A DNA stretch of 64,000 nucleotides, taken from NCBI GenBank assembly GCA_964486045.1, contig CAZALK010000020.1:23510-87509 (forward strand), given 5' to 3'. The position numbers and the translations under genes are program-made. The notes below the pieces were generated by a model. That model was not told the origin of the DNA. It saw nothing but the letters and a program-made list of their open reading frames with translations, and made no database searches. This document shows, piece after piece, positions 1-10,047 of the stretch. Source of the stretch: an uncultured archaeon (GTDB lineage Archaea > Asgardarchaeota > Lokiarchaeia > Sigyniarchaeales > SOKP01). Within the stretch, counting starts at the first letter, position 1. Each line of letters starts with the position of its first letter.

Positions 1-667
1 TCTTATGGAGAATAAGGAAATCGGTTCTATTAATGCGGTACGAGGAGACTCTATTCTAAAACAATCCTTGATTTTACCTCATGATCATTGGATGTTTGAT
101 GGTAATCGTGCAGGCGGAGGTGTTTTGATTACACTTTCAATCCATATGATAGATCTTTTAAGGTATTTTATTGGAGATGTGAGAAAAGTCAATGGTATCT
201 GTAAAAATTTTAACCATTTATTTGTAAATGACGCTGAAGACTTCTCAAGTGCTACTTTAGAATTCAAAACTGGGACAATTGGGAATATCTTTGGAAGTCT
301 TTCAATTGGGAGAACTCCTTGGAATATAAAATACATGATTTTTGGTGATTCTGGGACAATTTATTCAAATCCTCCTCCCATAAAAAAAGGACACTATCAA
401 ATCGGTAATGCGATGTTATCATCTAAAAAATTAGATTTGGAGGATAAAACAACTCAGAAAGGAAAGTTTATACCAATAAATCAGGATTCAACAAAAGTCG
501 TAAGCGAAAATCCATTTATTAACGAAGTTATTCATTTTGCTGATTGCTGTCAAACTAATGAAGAACCAATAAGTAGCGGGAAAGATAACTTAAATACTAT
601 GAAAATAATCTTTGGTATCTATAAATCATCTAAAACTAGTGAAGTGATTAATTTGAATGATATATAA
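1..667 (+). CDS. Gfo/Idh/MocA-family oxidoreductase, C-terminal part (runs off the 5' edge)
   Basis: W..D...AGGGVL....IHMIDLLRYFIG, AED.....LEF..G..G, and E..HF..C....EP..SG.D motifs; Rossmann N-terminus is not in the window. Confidence 0.85.
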   Translation, partial: LMENKEIGSINAVRGDSILKQSLILPHDHWMFDGNRAGGGVLITLSIHMIDLLRYFIGDVRKVNGICKNFNHLFVNDAEDFSSATLEFKTGTIGNIFGSLSIGRTPWNIKYMIFGDSGTIYSNPPPIKKGHYQIGNAMLSSKKLDLEDKTTQKGKFIPINQDSTKVVSENPFINEVIHFADCCQTNEEPISSGKDNLNTMKIIFGIYKSSKTSEVINLNDI

Positions 668-1409
668 AAATGATTTGTTAAGAAGAAATTACACATTTGA
701 GCAAGCAAAATTAATTCAAATTAAATATCAAAACTTCATTAAGAGCTCAAATATTGATGTAAATTCTAATGATACTACCTCAATAAAGACTATTGCCGGA
801 GTAGATATTTCCTATTATAGCAGAAAAAAAGCTGAATATGGCGTCGCTTGTGCAGTAGCTTGGAATATTGAAAACGAATTAATAGAACAATCCTCTTTCA
901 AGAGTGGTATTATTAAGTTTCCATATAGACCGGGATTCCTAGGATTTCGAGAGTGTAGACTACTTGCTAAGGTGATCTCTAAACTTCGAAGAAGACCGGA
1001 TCTTATATTATGTGATGGTCATGGAAAAATCCACCCCCGAAGATTCGGGGAGGCAGTTCACCTTGGTTTTGCTCTTAATATTCCTACAGTTGGAGTAGCC
1101 AAGAATCACTTCATTGGATATTCCGAATGGAATGAAATAAAAAGGTTCAAAGGAAAGAAAACACCTATTTGGGCAAACAAGCCTTTAAATAAAGCTGTGG
1201 AATTATCAAATGAATTGTTAGGGTGTGCTGTTTGCTTAAAAACTGATACCAAACCAGTATTCATTAGCAAAGGTTATAAAATAAATCTCGAGGCTGCAGT
1301 GGCAATTTGTTTAGCTACAACTAAAAATCATAGACAACCAGAACCGCTTTTTTTGGCAGACCACCTTTCTAGAGCAAAAACAACTGAAATGCATCCATTA
1401 GATATTTAA
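657..1409 (+). CDS. nfi: Endonuclease V
   Basis: IAGVDISY, FPYRPGFLGFRE, DLILCDGHGKIHPRRFGEAVHLG, PTVGVAK, KPVFISKG, RQPEPLFLAD. Confidence 0.95.
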   Translation: MIYKNDLLRRNYTFEQAKLIQIKYQNFIKSSNIDVNSNDTTSIKTIAGVDISYYSRKKAEYGVACAVAWNIENELIEQSSFKSGIIKFPYRPGFLGFRECRLLAKVISKLRRRPDLILCDGHGKIHPRRFGEAVHLGFALNIPTVGVAKNHFIGYSEWNEIKRFKGKKTPIWANKPLNKAVELSNELLGCAVCLKTDTKPVFISKGYKINLEAAVAICLATTKNHRQPEPLFLADHLSRAKTTEMHPLDI

Positions 1410-1419
1410 TAATAGTAAA

Positions 1420-2658
1420 TTAGGCCATTTCTCCCAAAACCTTTAGCGCAAGCTCTCTTACATCAATATCTATGTCTTTCGTGAGCTCTTTTAATAAATC
1501 TTTAAAAGCTTTATTCTCAAAACCAAATTTTGTTAGAGCTTTGATAACTTTAAATCTAATTACCCAGTCTTCATCATGAAGTAAATCAAGAAATGCTTCA
1601 TAAACTTTTTCATTTCTTATTTCCCCAAGAATTTTTAAAACAGCTCTTTTGACATCATTATTTTTGTTGTCCAGGTCTTTAATTAAATTATTAATGACAA
1701 CTTTTTTGTCAATATCATCCAACAGATTAAACATTCTCTTAAAAAGTGAAATCTGAAACTGTCCTGGAAAGTTAAAAACTACAGATTTATATTCCCTTTC
1801 TATTGGTTGATTAGTATTTCCTTGGTTTAATTCTAATAAAATATTATTCAACCTTCGGTTTTCATTTTGATACTGGGATAATTCTTCTTTTAGATTGTTA
1901 AATTCATCGGTGGTATAAGTCAAGCTTACAGGAGTACCATCATCTGTTTCTAATCTCTGCTTTAAGTATCGAACTTGCGCTTCGTAATCATCTAATTCTA
2001 ATGCTAAAGCTTCAATCTTTTGAAATGCTAGGGATAATTCTTCCGAATTCGATTCCTCTTTTTGTTTTTGTGATTGAATCTTTAACGAATCAATTTTTGT
2101 ACGTAATATTCCATTTTCTTCCATTAATTGAAAATTCAAAAGCTTCATATTATCAATTTCCTCACTTTCTTCCATATAATCTTGATTGGTAACTTCAAAT
2201 TCACTTTTTCCAGACTTCATCGAGTTGATTTGACTTTTCAATTCTTCAATTTCACTTCTGAAATTTTCACTTTCTTCCGTAAATGCAAGTATCAATTCTT
2301 GAGCTTGAATCAAATCCTCATTATCTTGGTTAGTAAAATTTCCATCTTTAGAATCCTCAATTTTTAATATCAGCTCATCGATTTTAGTGTTTTGTTTCTC
2401 ATTAATTTCGTCTTTCTTAATTAATTTTTGTCTTTGGGAGATAACTAGATCCTTTAAAATGTCAAGTTCACTTGGAACAGTACCAACATCTAATGTCGTT
2501 GAATCAGATTGTTCGCTGATCAACATTTTCTGTTCAGTTATAACACCTTTCAACCGGTTAATCTCTTCATTGAGTGAGTTAATTTTGGCTTCTAATTCTG
2601 CATGGGATTTTGTTTCTTTTTCGACAGTATCAATTATATCTTTAAAATCTTTACTCAT
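1420..2658 (-). CDS. Long coiled-coil protein with C-terminal HEAT/PBS-lyase-like repeats
   Basis: About 280 aa of E/K/L-rich heptad sequence, then repeats D....VKRAVLKILG / DEDWVIRFKVIKAL / DIDIDVRELALKVLG. Confidence 0.75.
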   Translation of the reverse strand: MSKDFKDIIDTVEKETKSHAELEAKINSLNEEINRLKGVITEQKMLISEQSDSTTLDVGTVPSELDILKDLVISQRQKLIKKDEINEKQNTKIDELILKIEDSKDGNFTNQDNEDLIQAQELILAFTEESENFRSEIEELKSQINSMKSGKSEFEVTNQDYMEESEEIDNMKLLNFQLMEENGILRTKIDSLKIQSQKQKEESNSEELSLAFQKIEALALELDDYEAQVRYLKQRLETDDGTPVSLTYTTDEFNNLKEELSQYQNENRRLNNILLELNQGNTNQPIEREYKSVVFNFPGQFQISLFKRMFNLLDDIDKKVVINNLIKDLDNKNNDVKRAVLKILGEIRNEKVYEAFLDLLHDEDWVIRFKVIKALTKFGFENKAFKDLLKELTKDIDIDVRELALKVLGEMA

Positions 2659-2808
2659 GGCTTATACATCTAAATAATTGTATTTTATATGAATCAAACT
2701 GACTTCAATTATATTAATATCAATATTCATATAATATATTTTAGGTTGCTTCAAACTATAAAAAAGAAAGTGATAATTGAGAAAGTGAAAAAAATATCTT
2801 TCTTGAAA

Positions 2809-3288
2809 TTATTGAATTTTAATTTCTTTTATTACATCTCCCTTGGCAATAGAATCAATAACTTTTTGATCAGCAATAGGATCTACAACACCGCCAAAGA
2901 TAGTATGTTTATTATTAAGGTGTGTGGTTGGAACATGTGTAATAAAGAATTGAGACCCGTTTGTGTTGGCACCAGCATTCGCCATAGCTAGAATACCTGG
3001 TTTATCAAATTTTCTTCCTGACTGAAACTCGTCAGCAAACGGATATGATGTTTGTCCTCCTTGAAATGGAAATGAAGTAATATCTTTATTTCTAGGACCA
3101 CCGGTACCCTTACCCAATGGATCTCCACCTTGAATCATAAAATTTGCGATTACTCTATGAAAGACAATTCCATTAAAATAACCTTGTTTTGCTAAGAATA
3201 AAAAACTAGCTATTGTTAGTGGAGCATCATCATCAAATAACTCAAGATTAATATCTCCCTTATTAGTTACCATCACAATTTTAGTCAT
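2809..3288 (-). CDS. Cyclophilin-type peptidyl-prolyl cis-trans isomerase
   Basis: FHRVIANFMIQGGDP, GILAMANAGANTNGSQFFIT, HLNNKHTIFG. Confidence 0.97.
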   Translation of the reverse strand: MTKIVMVTNKGDINLELFDDDAPLTIASFLFLAKQGYFNGIVFHRVIANFMIQGGDPLGKGTGGPRNKDITSFPFQGGQTSYPFADEFQSGRKFDKPGILAMANAGANTNGSQFFITHVPTTHLNNKHTIFGGVVDPIADQKVIDSIAKGDVIKEIKIQ

Positions 3289-3437
3289 ACAATAAGATAA
3301 GATTTGGTATTTTTTATTCTTTTTCAGATATAATTATGTTGTACAAGTGTGTTTGATCACAATGAAAAACTTAAAAGGAAGTACGATTATAAAACTTTAT
3401 AAAAGGTGGTATTAAGAAATATCATTTAGATCTGAAA

Positions 3438-5588
3438 ATGACTCAAAACGACATCTCCTTTTTCTTTAACCCCGCAAGCATCGCAGTTATTGGCGCAAGT
3501 GCTATAGAGGGTAAACTTGGTAATACAGTTTTAAATAATATTATTAAATCTGGGTATAAAGGAAAAATTTTTCCAATTAATCCCGGAACTGATAAAGTTT
3601 GTGATATTCCATGCTATAAAAGTGTTCTAGATGTACCAGAGAATATTGACATTGCTATTTTTGTAATCCCTGGTAAATTTGTAAATCCTGTTGCTGAAGA
3701 ATGTGGTAAAAAAGGAGTAAAGGGATTAATAGTAATTTCTGATGGATTTAAAGAAATTGGAGGAAAGGGTGTAGAAAGAGAGGAGCACCTAATACAAATT
3801 GGCAAGAAATACGATATGAGAATTTTAGGTCCTAACTGCTTGGGATTCATTGGACTTAACTATAATGGTTCATTCGCTACCGAAACCCCTAAAAAAGGGG
3901 GAATTGCTATGATTTCACAATCAGGTGCTATGCTTACAGGCATGATGGATTATTCCATGACACAAGCTTTTGGATTCTCCTATAATATTAGCCTTGGGAA
4001 TAAAGCTGACTTAGGAGCAGTAGACTTTATAGAATTTTTAGCGGAAGATGAAAATACCAGTGTTATCTTATGCTATCTAGAAAGCATAACTAATGGTCAG
4101 AAATTTTTAGAAATTCTGCCTGAAGCTACACGAAAAAAACCAATTGTTATTTTGAAATCAGGAGTAAGTGAAGCTGGCGCTAGAGCTGCGTCTAGTCATA
4201 CTGGAGCACTGGCAGGCGCAGATATTGCGTATGATCTTGCTTTTGAAAAATGTGGTGTTATAAGAGCCAAAACAATAGAAGATCTATTTGACTATGGTGA
4301 AGTTTTCTTGTATCAGCCTGTTCCTGCGAATAATTCTTTTGCAATAATAACAAATGCTGGAGGTCCTGGAATTGTTGCTACTGATGCATTTGAACGAGAA
4401 AATTTGAAATTTGCTAGTTTTTCAGAGTCAATACTTCATGCACTAAGAACAGGATTGCCTTTACACGCATCAATTTTTAACCCAATTGATATTATTGGGG
4501 ATGCTACTCCTGATAGATATGATTTTACAATTAAAACCATTTTTGGTTTAAACGGTAAAACAGAATCCAATGAAATTTCAACCCAAGGTGTTTTAATAAT
4601 TGTTACTCCACAGGCTCCAACAGAACCAACTAAAGTAGCAAAATTAATTCATGAAATTTCTACTCATCATTTAGAAGAAAAGCCAATTGTATGTTCCTTC
4701 ATCGGAGGAAAAAATATGTCGGAGGGTAGAGAATACTTAAAACAAAATCATATCCCTTGTTATCACTTTCCAGACCGAGCAGCCCACTCATTAAAAACAC
4801 TCGTAAAAAGAGGTAAATACTTAAAAAGTACTCCCCTAAGTGATTTAAAAATTCCCAAATTTGAAGTAAATAAAAAAAGAGTAGATGAAATATTCGCAAG
4901 TATTAGAGAAGATAAGAGAACGGTCTTATTAAGCTATGAAACAAGCGAGGTTTTTGATTGTTATGGAATTAAATCCCCTACTTCTAGACTAGCCAGAACT
5001 CCTCGACAAGCAAGAAAACTGCTCTCAGAAATCGGTAAATCAGTAATGAAAATTGTTAGCCCACATATAATTCATAAAACCGATGTCGGAGGAATTCTAT
5101 TAAATATTGAGACAGAACAAGATGCTTTTGAGGCTTACATCCAAATTGTAAGTAACGCTAAAAAATTTGGTCCACAAAATGCGAAAATTTATGGTGTGGA
5201 AGTGCAAAAAATGATCGACTTTAAAACTGAGAGAAAAGTTAATGAAATTATCATAGGGATGTCGGGAGATCCTCAATTTGGGCCACTCCTCATGTTTGGT
5301 AGTGGTGGAATTTATGCAAACTTCATGCAAGATGTATCTTTCGCTTTAGCGTATAAATTTACCAAAGCTGATGCTAGAAAATTGATTGAAAGCACAAAAA
5401 TCTTCAACCTCCTTCAAGGAGTGAGAGGGGAATCACCTTCTGATGTAGAAGCTGTACTTGATGTGCTTCTAAGATTATCCCAACTTGTAAATGATTTCCC
5501 AGAAATTGTAGAATTAGATATCAATCCTCTTTTAGCATTTGTCAAAGGTTATAGCGCTGTAGATATTAAAATCACAATAAAACGATAA
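3438..5588 (+). CDS. Acetate-CoA ligase (ADP-forming), fused alpha/beta subunits
   Basis: SIAVIGAS, RILGPNCLG, ISQSGA, SLGNKAD, ASSHTGALAG (phospho-His), TNAGGPG, HKTDVGG, ELDINPL. Confidence 0.93.
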   Translation: MTQNDISFFFNPASIAVIGASAIEGKLGNTVLNNIIKSGYKGKIFPINPGTDKVCDIPCYKSVLDVPENIDIAIFVIPGKFVNPVAEECGKKGVKGLIVISDGFKEIGGKGVEREEHLIQIGKKYDMRILGPNCLGFIGLNYNGSFATETPKKGGIAMISQSGAMLTGMMDYSMTQAFGFSYNISLGNKADLGAVDFIEFLAEDENTSVILCYLESITNGQKFLEILPEATRKKPIVILKSGVSEAGARAASSHTGALAGADIAYDLAFEKCGVIRAKTIEDLFDYGEVFLYQPVPANNSFAIITNAGGPGIVATDAFERENLKFASFSESILHALRTGLPLHASIFNPIDIIGDATPDRYDFTIKTIFGLNGKTESNEISTQGVLIIVTPQAPTEPTKVAKLIHEISTHHLEEKPIVCSFIGGKNMSEGREYLKQNHIPCYHFPDRAAHSLKTLVKRGKYLKSTPLSDLKIPKFEVNKKRVDEIFASIREDKRTVLLSYETSEVFDCYGIKSPTSRLARTPRQARKLLSEIGKSVMKIVSPHIIHKTDVGGILLNIETEQDAFEAYIQIVSNAKKFGPQNAKIYGVEVQKMIDFKTERKVNEIIIGMSGDPQFGPLLMFGSGGIYANFMQDVSFALAYKFTKADARKLIESTKIFNLLQGVRGESPSDVEAVLDVLLRLSQLVNDFPEIVELDINPLLAFVKGYSAVDIKITIKR

Positions 5589-5634
5589 TAGGTACATTGT
5601 TAAAAAATAAAATAAAAATAAATATATAAAAGAA

Positions 5635-6708
5635 TTGAAGAAGATGGTAAAAGTATTTTATTTATGTTCATTGAGAGAACGTGCTGGGAAAAGTTTCCTT
5701 TCGATTGGATTCATCCAGAAATTAAAGAAAGCTGGTAAAAAGTTTGCCTATTTTAAACCAATTGGGGTCCCAAGAGCGGCCTTTTCCAGCAAATCTGATT
5801 CAGATGTTGATTTTGTCCTCAATACAGTATATGAAACTGACCATCCCTATGATCTAATTTCTCCAGTTTCAATTCCAGCTTCATATTATGTAGATTTAGT
5901 TGATGCTAATAAAAAAGGTGGATACCTTCTAAAGATTAAAAGCGCTTATGATGAACTCACTAAAGATGTTGATTATGTGGTTATTGAAGGGAATCCAAGT
6001 ATTAGGAAATTTGTACGAACAGGAATTGATGATGTGACTATAGCACAGAATCTTGGTATTAAAGAATTAATCTATGTTTCTGTAGATTCAAGTGATCGAT
6101 GTATTGATAACTTCTTTTTTACGAAAGAATATTTTGATTTCCGTAAAATCGGCATTTTAGGTGTTCTTTTTAATAAAATAGATTTTGAATATATTGCAAG
6201 AATTAAAGAGATCTCAGAAGACCATATTAATCGATATAATATTCCCGTTTTAGGTATTATCGAAAAAAGCGTAGAAATATTCTCACCACGAGTGAACGAG
6301 ATAATAGAGCAAATTGGGGGAGAATTACTAAATGACTCAGCATCAGCAGGATTGAATAACCTCGTAGAGACCTTTCTCATTGGTGCAATGAATGCTCAGA
6401 GTGCTTTAAAATATTTACAGCAAGTGAAAAAAGCAGCATTTATCACGGGAGGAGATAGAACAGACCTCGCACTGGCAGCACTTGATCAAGATGTATCAAC
6501 ATTAATCCTAACAGGTTTCATCCAACCCGATATGGGTGTTATTACTGCGGCAAATAAAAAGGGAATTCCAATTATCTTGAGCCCCTCTGATACTTATACT
6601 ACCATGAGAAATTTAGAACGTTTGAAACCAGGAATTCAAGAAGATGAAATAGAAAAAGTTTTAAAGATAATTGAAAAAGAGATTGACTGGGATTTTTTAT
6701 TAAAATAA
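5635..6708 (+). CDS. Phosphotransacetylase-family (BioD-like N-terminal + DRTGG domain) protein
   Basis: AGKS, YFKPIG, VVIEG, IGAM, ITGGDRTD, LILTG; directly downstream of the acetate-CoA ligase. Confidence 0.88.
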   Translation: MKKMVKVFYLCSLRERAGKSFLSIGFIQKLKKAGKKFAYFKPIGVPRAAFSSKSDSDVDFVLNTVYETDHPYDLISPVSIPASYYVDLVDANKKGGYLLKIKSAYDELTKDVDYVVIEGNPSIRKFVRTGIDDVTIAQNLGIKELIYVSVDSSDRCIDNFFFTKEYFDFRKIGILGVLFNKIDFEYIARIKEISEDHINRYNIPVLGIIEKSVEIFSPRVNEIIEQIGGELLNDSASAGLNNLVETFLIGAMNAQSALKYLQQVKKAAFITGGDRTDLALAALDQDVSTLILTGFIQPDMGVITAANKKGIPIILSPSDTYTTMRNLERLKPGIQEDEIEKVLKIIEKEIDWDFLLK

Positions 6709-6746
6709 AAAAAAAATTAGATATCGATTTAAAACTTCATATCCCT

Positions 6747-7037
6747 TTAGACTAATGCTCCAAGAAAAGCTAGAATCCCAAAAAGTATTAGCATAGGTAA
6801 GATGAAAATAATAAACACTAAACCTATAATACCTAATATAAGACCCGCAATCGCCATCCCCTTTGATTCATCAGCAATTAGCCCAATAATACCAAATAGA
6901 ATAGCCGCTCCAGGAAAATAGAATGCACTATAAGGAAGAACTACTGGAATCAAAGCGAACAATAACCATCCAAAGAAACCCAATATACCACAAATTAAAG
7001 CAAGAATACCAAATATTTTTCCCAATTTTTGCACCAT
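6747..7037 (-). CDS. Small 3-TM membrane protein (DUF4190-like)
   Basis: G.LAL.CGI ... AILFGIIGL ... GMAIAGLILGIIG pattern. Confidence 0.65.
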   Translation of the reverse strand: MVQKLGKIFGILALICGILGFFGWLLFALIPVVLPYSAFYFPGAAILFGIIGLIADESKGMAIAGLILGIIGLVFIIFILPMLILFGILAFLGALV

Positions 7038-7092
7038 TTATTTATTTTTTTAAGGTAACACTCTGAAAGTGTATGATATTAATGGGACCATG

Positions 7093-7118
7093 AAGTATAT
7101 AAGTTTATATCTTTTCCC
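7093..7118 (-). promoter_or_regulatory. Putative BRE/TATA promoter for the 7037 gene
   Basis: Minus strand GGGAAAAGATATAAACTTATATACTT; the core TTATATACTT is shared with the upstream region of the 8149 gene. Confidence 0.4.
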
Positions 7119-7240
7119 TTTATCATCACTTCTCGCTTTTTCTACTTTTCAATTTTGGGGAGTTAATGTATAGAACTAATATATTAAAAAAGATATTGAT
7201 TGGAGTTTACTGTTTTAAATTAAGCCAGATTCTTCATCCC

Positions 7241-7798
7241 TTAATTATTTGCGAGTTTTCTTTTTTTAAAATTATGTTCGTATAATTTTTCCATTATTGG
7301 TTTCATAGCAGGACAGTTATCCCAATTGCCATTAAAATCACACTCTAAACAAATTTTTTTAACATGCTTAGCTCTAATGTAGGCAATAACACCCACAATA
7401 AAATTGATCTCGAATAAGAGCGAAATCTTAAGAAATAGAAAGAGAGGAAGAAAGAGAGTAGAGACTATCAGTAAGCCTGTTCCTATACCAATTGATATTT
7501 TTGAAAAAATTTTTAAAAATTTATGCTTTGTTAACCCAAATATATTTAAAACTATTGGGATGAAGAAAATATAAGCTAGGAAAAACATTGTAAAAAGATT
7601 TAACAAGCTTAGATTAAGAAATAAAATAATGAATAGAATCGTAAAACCGACTGTTGGATAAAAAGTAAAACACCCAATGCATAATTTTTTTCTTCCAATA
7701 TGATAGACATGAGTGGAAAATCTTTCACAGTTTGGGTGATGTGATAAAAGTATCGGTTTAAGATCTGATAAAATAAGTGAAATACGAGATAACTTCAT
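7241..7798 (-). CDS. Membrane protein with His/Cys metal-binding motifs (DUF2085-like)
   Basis: SHHPNC..H...LCIGC at the N-terminus, 4 hydrophobic segments, CLEC...C at the C-terminus. Confidence 0.65.
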   Translation of the reverse strand: MKLSRISLILSDLKPILLSHHPNCERFSTHVYHIGRKKLCIGCFTFYPTVGFTILFIILFLNLSLLNLFTMFFLAYIFFIPIVLNIFGLTKHKFLKIFSKISIGIGTGLLIVSTLFLPLFLFLKISLLFEINFIVGVIAYIRAKHVKKICLECDFNGNWDNCPAMKPIMEKLYEHNFKKRKLANN

Positions 7799-7936
7799 TT
7801 TAAATCCTTTTAATGATTATTAATTAATAAGAAACATTCTATCGATAATGGTTATATTATCCTTTCATATATACTAATGTTAGGTAAATGAAATAAAAAA
7901 AAATTGAATAATTTGAATTTTAATTTCTTTTTGGAT

Positions 7937-8149
7937 TTAATCCCTGACAACTAGATATATTATACAGCCAATACATCCTGTTACGAGAACGATCAATAAC
8001 CAAACTGCAGCATTCATGTCTCTTTTTTTTGCATCTTTATAAACCCAGACTGCTAAAACTATACCAATCACAAAAAATAAGATAACTACTACCATTAAAA
8101 TTAAGTATATTCCAGCAAATAACCCAAATGGATCAAGTTGAAAAATCAT
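7937..8149 (-). CDS. Small membrane protein, PLDc_N-like
   Basis: LAVWVYKDAKKRDMNAAVWLLIVLVTGCIGCIIYLVVR; GAGG upstream. Confidence 0.8.
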   Translation of the reverse strand: MIFQLDPFGLFAGIYLILMVVVILFFVIGIVLAVWVYKDAKKRDMNAAVWLLIVLVTGCIGCIIYLVVRD

Positions 8150-8220
8150 TTTATTTTCCTCTTTGAATTTATTTAATTTTTGTTTAGAATTTTGATTTAT
8201 ACTAATTACTTACGTGATTC

Positions 8221-8243
8221 AAGTATATAAACTTATTTTCCAT
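8221..8243 (-). promoter_or_regulatory. Putative BRE/TATA promoter for the 8149 gene
   Basis: Minus strand ATGGAAAATAAGTTTATATACTT; the core matches the motif at 7093-7102. Confidence 0.4.
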
Positions 8244-8418
8244 AATTACACTTAAATGTTATCTTACTCAATTTTGAATGAATTCTATGTCTGAAATTGA
8301 AAGGTTGTCAAATTATTGGAAATTTTGTTTTAAGAAATAAAAAACTAATTTAAATTTGAAATATGTGCATGATATAATTGCCATTAAAAGAAATTTTTTT
8401 AGTAAAAAGTGAGTAATT

Positions 8419-9603
8419 ATGGTATCTAGAAGAATTAATGAAATTTCTTATGCTATTCGTGAAATAGCTGCTGTTGCTAATGAAGTTGCGAAAAGTGGGA
8501 AGAAAATTTACCATTTAAATATTGGAGATCCTGTTATATATGATTTTACTACACCTCATTATATTTCTCAAGCGTTAGCGGATGCTACCTTTGGAGGAAA
8601 AAACTACTACATTGATTCTTTAGGTGCACCGGAACTCAGAGAGGAATTAAGTAATTCTATAAACCAGAGATATAAGTTAAATGTAAACTCTAACGACATT
8701 TTAGTAACAACAGGGGTTACAGAAGCAATATTCTTTATTATAGCTGGGATTATAGAAGATAAGAAGGAATTATTGATTCCCGGACCTAGCTATCCACTTT
8801 ACATAAATTATTCAAAATTTTTTGATGGTGTTCCAATAGAATATGAACTCGATGAAAATAATAATTGGGAACCAAATATTGATGATTTAAGAAAAAAAAT
8901 TACAAACCAAACCCAAGCAATTCTAATTTGTTCTCCTAATAACCCAACTGGTGTAATGTTCAGTAAAAAAAATATTAAAGATATAATAGATATCGCGGGG
9001 GAGTATAATTTATTCATATTATCAGATGAAATTTATGATCAGATCATCTATGATAAACAGTTTACATGCCCAGCAACTCTTAGTAATGATGTCCCAGTTA
9101 TCGGACTTAATGGGTTTTCTAAAACTCATTTAACTACAGGGTGGAGGTTGGGGTATATGTACTATCATGATCCTATGGATAAATTACATGATTTAAGACA
9201 AGGCATAGCAAAGATGGCTAGGGCAAGGTTATCAGCTAGCTCTACTGCTCAGTATGCTGCCATTGAGATATTAAAAAATCCCGGGACACATACTCAAGAA
9301 ATGGTTACTAAATTAAAAGAAAGAAGAGATTACTCTTATGATAGATTGAGAAAAATTGAAGGGGTTACTTGCGTAGAAGCTAATGGTGCTTTTTACTTAT
9401 TTCCTAAATTTGATTTTTCCGAATTAAAAAAGTGGAAGAACGATAAGGAATTTGTCGTTGAGTTTCTTAAAACTACTGGAGTTTGTACTGTATATGGTTC
9501 TGGTTTTGGCGAATACGGAAAGAACCATGTTAGATTAACATTTTTACCAAAAATAGAGATTTTGGAGATTGTCTATAATCTTCTTGAAGATTTTATAAGA
9601 TAA
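8419..9603 (+). CDS. PLP-dependent aminotransferase class I/II (alanine aminotransferase-like)
   Basis: YAIR, LNIGDP, SPNNPTG, SDEIYD, NGFSK(PLP)..TGWRLGY, GAFYLFP. Confidence 0.93.
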   Translation: MVSRRINEISYAIREIAAVANEVAKSGKKIYHLNIGDPVIYDFTTPHYISQALADATFGGKNYYIDSLGAPELREELSNSINQRYKLNVNSNDILVTTGVTEAIFFIIAGIIEDKKELLIPGPSYPLYINYSKFFDGVPIEYELDENNNWEPNIDDLRKKITNQTQAILICSPNNPTGVMFSKKNIKDIIDIAGEYNLFILSDEIYDQIIYDKQFTCPATLSNDVPVIGLNGFSKTHLTTGWRLGYMYYHDPMDKLHDLRQGIAKMARARLSASSTAQYAAIEILKNPGTHTQEMVTKLKERRDYSYDRLRKIEGVTCVEANGAFYLFPKFDFSELKKWKNDKEFVVEFLKTTGVCTVYGSGFGEYGKNHVRLTFLPKIEILEIVYNLLEDFIR

Positions 9604-9652
9604 ATCTCTCAAACCTTAAGATATAAGACTAGAAAAAAAGAGAAACTTCTAA

Positions 9653-9931
9653 ATGGTACTTAAAGACAAAGCAAAAAGCGAACGGAAGAGCCTTTATTTT
9701 GATTTAATATGTGGTGTAATAAGTTCAACCTCTGCTTTAATAGGTATAATCTTTATTACCTTTATGCATGAAATTACCAATATGACGGGTTTGCTAGCTG
9801 GTTTGACTTTTTGGACTGCATATTTAGTTTTTTCGTTATTTTTATTATCCGTTGGGTTATATACTAGGTGGAAAGATAAAAAATTTGACAATAAACCGCC
9901 AAGAAAAGATTTAAAACCACAGATAGTATAG
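9653..9931 (+). CDS. Small 2-TM membrane protein
   Basis: Two hydrophobic segments; ends TAG TAA. Confidence 0.6.
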   Translation: MVLKDKAKSERKSLYFDLICGVISSTSALIGIIFITFMHEITNMTGLLAGLTFWTAYLVFSLFLLSVGLYTRWKDKKFDNKPPRKDLKPQIV

Positions 9932-10047
9932 TAATATTACTTTCTGGTGCCTACTTCCCTGATAATTTTCACCACCAACGTTTTAACATGTTGTTTTAAT
10001 CATTACAAGAAGAAATTTTTTATATTAAAACCGCATTTTAGTGAATT

